Assembly: GCA_948442695.1 (NCBI GenBank)
Contig: CAOJSF010000007.1
Coordinates: forward strand, 3,861-67,860
Direction of reading: 5' to 3'
DNA length: 64,000 nt
Origin: an uncultured Clostridia bacterium
GTDB lineage: Bacteria > Bacillota > Clostridia > Christensenellales > UBA1242
Part shown: in pieces, positions 58,331 through 64,000 of the stretch
How the letters are laid out: each line of letters opens with the position of its first letter
How positions within the stretch are numbered: the first letter of the stretch is position 1
Notes under the pieces: model-generated
Told to the model about the DNA's origin: nothing
Databases searched by the model: none
The model's input: the letters and a program-made list of their open reading frames with translations, nothing else
Made by a program: the position numbers and the translations under genes

Positions 58331-60934
58331 TTAATTCTTTTGTAAAAGTTTTATAATCTTTTCTCTTAATTTATCAAGCCGTTTTTGATTGAGTTTGATA
58401 AGCACCATCAGAATGATTGTCACAAGAATTATTGCAAAGAATGTCACAAGCACTGTTATATTGCTTGACGAAATATTAAAAAGTTTTGGCATTGCGATTA
58501 TCGCACAAGTTGTGCAGATAAATGATAAACCTGCGGTAAGTCCTTTTAAAAGTGTAATAGGCCAGCATAACGAAGCAAGATTTAGATAGCCAGTATAAGT
58601 CATTATAAGAATTGCTAGAGTAGTATATTCTTCTTCTAATAGGAGATTACTGCCAGGGTCTTGCGAGTGGAAGAGTGCCATTACAATCAAGACATTGATA
58701 AGCATTATTAAAGCACGAGGTAGTGACCGTTTTAAAACCTGAGGAAGGAAATTTCCGCTTATAGGTTTTGTATTTGGCTCAAATGTCAACATGAATGATG
58801 GCAATCCTATTATAAAGCCCTCAAGAAGCATCATCATGCTAGGCTTAAAAGGATAAGGCAGGTTGACAAATAGGGTGATAATTGTCAGTGAAATGGCAAA
58901 AAATGTTTTCATTAAGAATAAGGATGAAGAATTTTGCACATTGTTGACAACCTGTCTTCCTTCTCTGACAACAGCAGGCAGGGATGAGAAATTGCTTTCT
59001 AGAAGAACCAGTTTTGAAATGTTTTTTGCGACTTCGCTTCCGTCAGCCATTGCGATAGAACAGTCTGCTTCTTTCAATGCAAGTGTGTCATTGACACCAT
59101 CACCTGTCATGGCAACAACTTTGCCTTTGTTTTTAAGTGCTTTGACTATAGTATATTTTTGCTCTGGAGTGACTCTGCCAAAGACAGTGAATTGATCAGC
59201 CATTTGTTCCACCTCTTTTAAACTTACGTTTTCAAGAGAAACAAATTTATCGTGATTTTTTACACCAACTCTGCCTGCAATTTTAGAAACGGTTGCAGGG
59301 TCGTCACCTGAAATAATCTTGACTTCGACTTCATTGTCTTTAAACCATTGTATGGTTTCAACAGCATCTTCTCTGATGTGTTCTTCAAGGACGATAAGAG
59401 CAAGAAGTTCTGCCTTTTTGCCATTCATTTTTTTGTCAAAAGTGCCTCCTTCTTGCTCAGCAAAGGCAAGCACACGCAGACCTTTTGATAGATAACCTTT
59501 GATAAGTTGTTGTTGCTCTGGCGAAATTGCACAGCCTATTCTGGTTGGCGCACCAACAAAATAGATTTTTTTATTTGAAAGTTGGGTGATTGAATATTTG
59601 CGTTCTGATGAAAACTCTGCTATGTTGAGTGGGTGCAAGTCGCTGTTTCTACCAAATTCTTGAATCATTGCATTTGATGTTGAGTTTGTTGTTTTTTGTG
59701 CATTTAAGACATTTGATAACAATTTTTTAATGCTTGATTGTCTCTTTTTGGAATAGGTGAGAAAATCTACAACTTTCATAGTTCCGTCAGTGATAGTCCC
59801 AGTCTTGTCAAGACAAAGGACGTTTGTTCTTGCAAGCATTTCGATTGAATATAAATCTCGGACAAGAGTCTTTTTTCTTGAGAGTTTGACTACGCCTATG
59901 GAAAGTGAAATGGTGACAAGTAGAAACATTCCCGCAGGAATCATACTTGTAAGAGCACCACTTGTGTTTGTAATTTGAGATTGAAGTGTCGAGCCAGCAA
60001 GTTTAAATTCCTTTAAGAAAGTAAGTATTCCGATAGGGACAAGTGCGATACCGATATATTTAATAAGTCTATTAAGGTCTTTAAAGAGGTTTGACTGAGG
60101 CGTCTTAAATTCTTTTGCCTTCTTTGCCATTTGATAGATATAATTATCTCTTCCTATCTTATCAACTTTTGCATAACATTCGCCAGAAACAATAAAACTT
60201 CCAGAAAGAAGTGGCTTGCCTATTGATTTTTCGATTGCATTACTTTCGCCTGTCAAGAGACTTTCGTTTACTTCCACAATTCCGTCAACTATGACACAAT
60301 CTGTTGGAATTTGATTTCCACTTCTAAGGACTATTAAATCATCAAGAAGCAGTTGGTCGGCAGGTATTTCATATTCTTTTCCACCTCGAATGGTTTTGAC
60401 AAGTGGGGTTGTGACTATGGAAAGTTTTTCAACTGCAATTTTTGCCCTTATTTCTTGAATAATTGCAATCGCTGTGTTTGCAATTATGACAAATATGAAA
60501 ATAAGGTCTTTATAAGAGCCTACAACTAAAAGTGCAACGGCAATTATAAGCCAGAGCATATTGAAGAAGGTGAATATATTTTTAAAGAAGATTGAAGCAT
60601 AAGACTTTGATGACTTGACCTTTGTGCTGTTGACTAGGTTTGCCTCTTGTCGCAACAGCACTTGCTCGTCAGAAAGGCCTGTTTTTACATCAACTGCATA
60701 TCTTTCAACATTATCGCAAACTGCCGGACTTTCTTCTTCCTTTTTCTCTTTTGTGAATCTGTTTTTAAATTTTATTTTAAATTTTTCAATTATTCCTTTA
60801 TTATTGTTTAAGCCTTCTATAGAATAAAAAAGTATTTCCATGCTGTTATTGCGTGGAATTCTTCTATAATATCTAATTTCAGTTTTTACAAGTGCCTTAG
60901 GCAAGTCTAAAAGATTGTCATTTTTCTTTTTCAT
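58331..60934 (-). CDS. Cation-translocating P-type ATPase (P2-like, non-canonical TM4 motif)
   Basis: 867 aa. CLDKTGTITDG phosphorylation site, MTGDGVNDTLALKEAD hinge, TGES-type actuator (LLTGESNAIEK). TM4 reads IPAGMF instead of IPEGLP. About 85-aa N-terminal extension; alternative start at Met33 (60838). Confidence 0.85.
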   Translation of the reverse strand: MKKKNDNLLDLPKALVKTEIRYYRRIPRNNSMEILFYSIEGLNNNKGIIEKFKIKFKNRFTKEKKEEESPAVCDNVERYAVDVKTGLSDEQVLLRQEANLVNSTKVKSSKSYASIFFKNIFTFFNMLWLIIAVALLVVGSYKDLIFIFVIIANTAIAIIQEIRAKIAVEKLSIVTTPLVKTIRGGKEYEIPADQLLLDDLIVLRSGNQIPTDCVIVDGIVEVNESLLTGESNAIEKSIGKPLLSGSFIVSGECYAKVDKIGRDNYIYQMAKKAKEFKTPQSNLFKDLNRLIKYIGIALVPIGILTFLKEFKLAGSTLQSQITNTSGALTSMIPAGMFLLVTISLSIGVVKLSRKKTLVRDLYSIEMLARTNVLCLDKTGTITDGTMKVVDFLTYSKKRQSSIKKLLSNVLNAQKTTNSTSNAMIQEFGRNSDLHPLNIAEFSSERKYSITQLSNKKIYFVGAPTRIGCAISPEQQQLIKGYLSKGLRVLAFAEQEGGTFDKKMNGKKAELLALIVLEEHIREDAVETIQWFKDNEVEVKIISGDDPATVSKIAGRVGVKNHDKFVSLENVSLKEVEQMADQFTVFGRVTPEQKYTIVKALKNKGKVVAMTGDGVNDTLALKEADCSIAMADGSEVAKNISKLVLLESNFSSLPAVVREGRQVVNNVQNSSSLFLMKTFFAISLTIITLFVNLPYPFKPSMMMLLEGFIIGLPSFMLTFEPNTKPISGNFLPQVLKRSLPRALIMLINVLIVMALFHSQDPGSNLLLEEEYTTLAILIMTYTGYLNLASLCWPITLLKGLTAGLSFICTTCAIIAMPKLFNISSSNITVLVTFFAIILVTIILMVLIKLNQKRLDKLREKIIKLLQKN

Positions 60935-60944
60935 ATAATAAACC

Positions 60945-61089
60945 TATATTAATGGAAGTTTTGTCAAATAGTCATACAAACTATTTTTGCAAAACTAATA
61001 GTTATAAATACTATGTGATAGACTGCACAGCAGTCAAATTCGCAGAATTTGTAAAAGTTTTATTGCCATAAAACTTTTATATCACATAG
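60945..61089 (+). repeat. Solo copy of the roughly 147-nt four-hairpin element
   Basis: TATATTAATGGAAGTTTTGTCAA...GACTGCACAGCAGTCAAATTCGCAGAATTTGTAAAAGTTTTATTGCCATAAAACTTTTATATCACATAG aligns along its whole length with the 49.7-kb copies, in the same (+) orientation. Confidence 0.85.
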
Positions 61090-61194
61090 TCTATATCATT
61101 ATACATTAAATTTTGTCCTATTGTCAACATTATTATAAATTTGATTTGACAAGTGATGAAAAAAAAGTTAAAATTTGATTAAGAGGTAATTATT

Positions 61195-62433
61195 ATGCTT
61201 TTCAATATTCCAAAATCTTTGACTAAACTTGCAAATATGTTTGACACTGAGTTGTATATAGTCGGTGGATTTATTCGCAATCAACTTATGGGGATAAAAA
61301 ATGATGATATAGATATATGTTCTTCACTTACTTTGGATGAAGTGGAAAATCTTTTAAATGGAAGCGATTATGATTTAAAGATAAAAAGCAAACTTTTAGG
61401 CACTGCAACAATCATCAAGGGGGGTGAAAAATTTGAATATACCACTTTCAGAAAGGAATTTTACCCAAATAATGGTAAGCATACACCAGATAGTGTTGAA
61501 TTTATCACTTCAGTTGAAGAAGATGCAAAACGAAGAGATTTTACCTGCAATGCGATATATTATGATATCAAAAATGATAAGATGATTGACTTCTTTGATG
61601 GAAAAAGAGATATCGAGAAGAGAATTTTAAAGGCTGTTGATGATTGTGATGAAGTCTTTTGTCATGATGGTGTCAGAATTTTGAGATTATTTAGATTTCA
61701 ATGTGAATTGAATTTTAAAATCGACAAAGCAACACTTGAAAGTGCATATAAATATAAGGAAAATTTGCGTGATGTATCAGGTGATCGTCTTGTTCATGAG
61801 ATTACTCGCATTTTACATAGCCCTACAAAATATAAAGGCACTTCAAAACCAAAGGCATATATGAAGGCATTGAATCATTTTAATAAGGGTGGATTTTGGC
61901 ATATTTTTGGAATTGATTGCCAAAAACTGAAATATAAAATGGTGAAAAAAGTCAGTCATAAATCGCAAGGGCTTTTGATTGATATTGTAGACACCGTCAA
62001 TCCTATTTCAGTGTCATATTATCTAAATTTGATTTTGGTTAATTCCTTTGGTTTAAGCAAAAAAATGGTTGACAATTATATAAATATTTTATCAGGCTAT
62101 TATGAGGCACTCAATAGACAACAAAATAAACCATACTTTTTTAAATATTTCAACAATTTTCCTCAGATTTATTTGCTTTTGCTTCACAAATCAAAGTATC
62201 TTGCAAACAAATATCAATTTTTCTATAAATACATCATCTCTCATAGACTTATTATGTCTACAAGCGAACTTAAAATAAATGGAAATGACATCAAAAAGCA
62301 TTATCCAACAGTCAAGGCAAACAGATATAAACCTATTTTAGAAAGTCTTTTGAGTGATGTATTTGATGGAAAACTCTCAAATGAGAAGGAAGAACTTATA
62401 ACTGCAGTTGAAGGAAAACTTAGATATTTATAA
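61195..62433 (+). CDS. cca: CCA-adding enzyme / tRNA nucleotidyltransferase (poly A polymerase family)
   Basis: 412 aa. LYIVGGFIRNQLMGIKNDDIDICS (GGxVRDxLLGxxxxDxD) and RRDFTCNAIYY motifs. Confidence 0.85.
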   Translation: MLFNIPKSLTKLANMFDTELYIVGGFIRNQLMGIKNDDIDICSSLTLDEVENLLNGSDYDLKIKSKLLGTATIIKGGEKFEYTTFRKEFYPNNGKHTPDSVEFITSVEEDAKRRDFTCNAIYYDIKNDKMIDFFDGKRDIEKRILKAVDDCDEVFCHDGVRILRLFRFQCELNFKIDKATLESAYKYKENLRDVSGDRLVHEITRILHSPTKYKGTSKPKAYMKALNHFNKGGFWHIFGIDCQKLKYKMVKKVSHKSQGLLIDIVDTVNPISVSYYLNLILVNSFGLSKKMVDNYINILSGYYEALNRQQNKPYFFKYFNNFPQIYLLLLHKSKYLANKYQFFYKYIISHRLIMSTSELKINGNDIKKHYPTVKANRYKPILESLLSDVFDGKLSNEKEELITAVEGKLRYL

Positions 62434-62470
62434 GTTAAATTTAAAAAAATTTTTAATTAATAAAAATCAT

Positions 62471-62500
62471 AAAAAAAGAGGAGATAAATCCTCTTTTTTA
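62471..62500. terminator. Bidirectional intrinsic terminator
   Basis: AAGAGGA-gataaa-TCCTCTT flanked by A7 and T6, between convergent genes. Confidence 0.65.
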
Positions 62501-62557
62501 TTTGTCAATTAAAATTCTATTTTAATATGTGTCTTTACAATATTTTATTATTGTATT

Positions 62558-64000
62558 TTATTGAATGTTCCATTTGGATTTTGCATTGTTTTCCGCCTCT
62601 TTAGTCACTTTTTGAGGGGAAATGTATCTCACTGAATTGCTAGGTAGGGTCATTCCATCTTCAAGAGTTGAAGAGCCTTCAACAATAATTCCATTTTGTG
62701 GGAGATATTTGTCATGTCTTATTTCCTTAGATGAGATGACTTGACCTTCTTTTATATAATCTATATATCCTTTTGATTCATATCCTTCTTGAGGGAACTT
62801 GAGTCTATAATATTCACCACGATAGAGAACTTTATTTTCATATTCACCCTTATAATCGGTGATTATATCATCTCCTCCATGAGGTAGAATCTTGACAAGT
62901 TCGGCTCTTGTTTGAATTGATAGTCCATTTTCTAATGGTTGCCCATATATTTCAACTGTTGCAGACTGTTCATCGCAGATAGTTTTGATGAAAATAGGTG
63001 TGTCAAGATTGTTTTTAAATTTTAAATCGGCATATCCTTCGCTGACCATTGCATCAAAAGAAAGAGGAACATAAGAGGCAGGGAGGGTATGGTGATTTAC
63101 CTGCAGTATTTCAATGTCAGAACGAATTAGAGCATTGTAGAGTGTAGTCGAAGCCTGACATACACCTCCACCAACACCATCTACATATTTCCCGCCTACA
63201 ATGATTTTTGCAGTTTTATATCCATTGTCTTTGATTCTTTTGCCTGTTGTGTTGTTGAACGAGATTTCTTCGCCAGGTTCGATAATCATGCCGTTGAATT
63301 TTGATAAAGCAAGTTTTACATTGCTTTTGCGGTCTGCAGAAGATGTTGAGTAATTTGTAGTAAAAGTTGAACGGAGAGAAATATTGTTTATAATGCTATC
63401 AAAATCTTCATCAGGAATAATGTCGACGACTGGAATCTCGATTTCGCTTAAATTTTCACCTGCTATAAACTTTGCAATTTCACTTTTAAGAACCTGTCTG
63501 TTTACAATTTTTCCTGTTTGAGGCTCTGTTTTTGAAAACATTTCATTTGCGTTTGGGTCGAATTTAATACCAGAACTTTTTGGAGTGCTTTCAACCTCGC
63601 TTATTATATTTTCAAGTTTTTCTTCCATTCCACTATAAATATCCTCAAAAGGCACAGAGACAAACAGTCCATCTTTCTTAATTTTCTTTTCTATTTTCTT
63701 TTTAGAGAAAATATTTCCTTCATGTCCATAATTTATTACCTCATTTAGTGTTGGCTCTAAATTGCCGAGGAATCCTAGGTCATCTCCTGTGATTGTCCAT
63801 TGTTTTTGATTGCTTGTCAGTGTGATATTTAGTTTTTCTTTGTTTTCGCTTAAACTGCTAAGCAAAATATTGTTTGCCTCAGTCTTTGTCAGACCTGAAA
63901 CATCAACACCATTTATATGTGTATTTGGGTAAAAAGTGGTTTTACTGCTGATTGAATCGCCAAAGTAGAATTGACAAAAAAGCAGAAGTGTTACTGCGAT
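62558..64000 (-). CDS. VanW-family protein; N-terminus lies beyond window end (partial)
   Basis: The track ORF starts at an internal TTG (63865), but the frame stays open to 64000: IAVTLLLFCQFYFGDSISSKTTFYPNTHINGVDVSGLTKTEANNIL (TM + PG_binding_4-like). VanW core: SSADRKSNVKLA..NGMIIEPGEEISFN..GGVCQASTTLYNA. Confidence 0.85.
   Translation of the reverse strand: MAVTLLLFCQFYFGDSISSKTTFYPNTHINGVDVSGLTKTEANNILLSSLSENKEKLNITLTSNQKQWTITGDDLGFLGNLEPTLNEVINYGHEGNIFSKKKIEKKIKKDGLFVSVPFEDIYSGMEEKLENIISEVESTPKSSGIKFDPNANEMFSKTEPQTGKIVNRQVLKSEIAKFIAGENLSEIEIPVVDIIPDEDFDSIINNISLRSTFTTNYSTSSADRKSNVKLALSKFNGMIIEPGEEISFNNTTGKRIKDNGYKTAKIIVGGKYVDGVGGGVCQASTTLYNALIRSDIEILQVNHHTLPASYVPLSFDAMVSEGYADLKFKNNLDTPIFIKTICDEQSATVEIYGQPLENGLSIQTRAELVKILPHGGDDIITDYKGEYENKVLYRGEYYRLKFPQEGYESKGYIDYIKEGQVISSKEIRHDKYLPQNGIIVEGSSTLEDGMTLPSNSVRYISPQKVTKEAENNAKSKWNIQ

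Overview
Chromosomal segment of about 30% GC from an endospore-forming Firmicute (Clostridia-like), judged from a gerA-type germination operon, a BclA-like collagen protein and a DUF421 gene. Housekeeping genes are cysS, leuS, rplJ-rplL with an L10-leader attenuator, ftsH, hup, lepB-like, queH, cca, recD2, comFC, tRNA-Ser(CGA) and tRNA-Glu(UUC). They are interspersed with accessory or orphan genes. Main content: (1) A secreted protein of more than 2100 aa runs off the left edge and is absent from the ORF track; a VanW gene runs off the right edge. (2) A roughly 10-kb NAD salvage / ADP-ribose island spans 7.7-18 kb. It holds a nucleoside hydrolase, a broken Nudix gene, an ADP-ribosylglycohydrolase, NADAR, a P-loop kinase, pncB, a NadR-type adenylyltransferase, a PncA-Nudix fusion, nadE and nrtR. 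Two near-identical palindromic operators overlap the -10 boxes of divergent consensus promoters. (3) Two repeat families that I could not assign to any known class. One is a 42-bp unit forming tandem arrays that start inside terminator U-tracts (three loci). The other is a roughly 147-nt four-hairpin element (three tandem copies plus one solo) whose G.T substitutions point to an RNA read from the plus strand. (4) Other items: a paralogous pair of two-TM, VirB2-like small membrane proteins; a 61-aa Cys/His peptide divergent from an ArsR regulator; a collagen-like gene with four 183-bp repeats; an atypical GerC; ankyrin and transglutaminase-like orphans. No transposase, integrase, CRISPR or recognisable defence system was seen. 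Three apparent 1-nt poly-A frameshifts suggest gene decay or homopolymer sequencing error.
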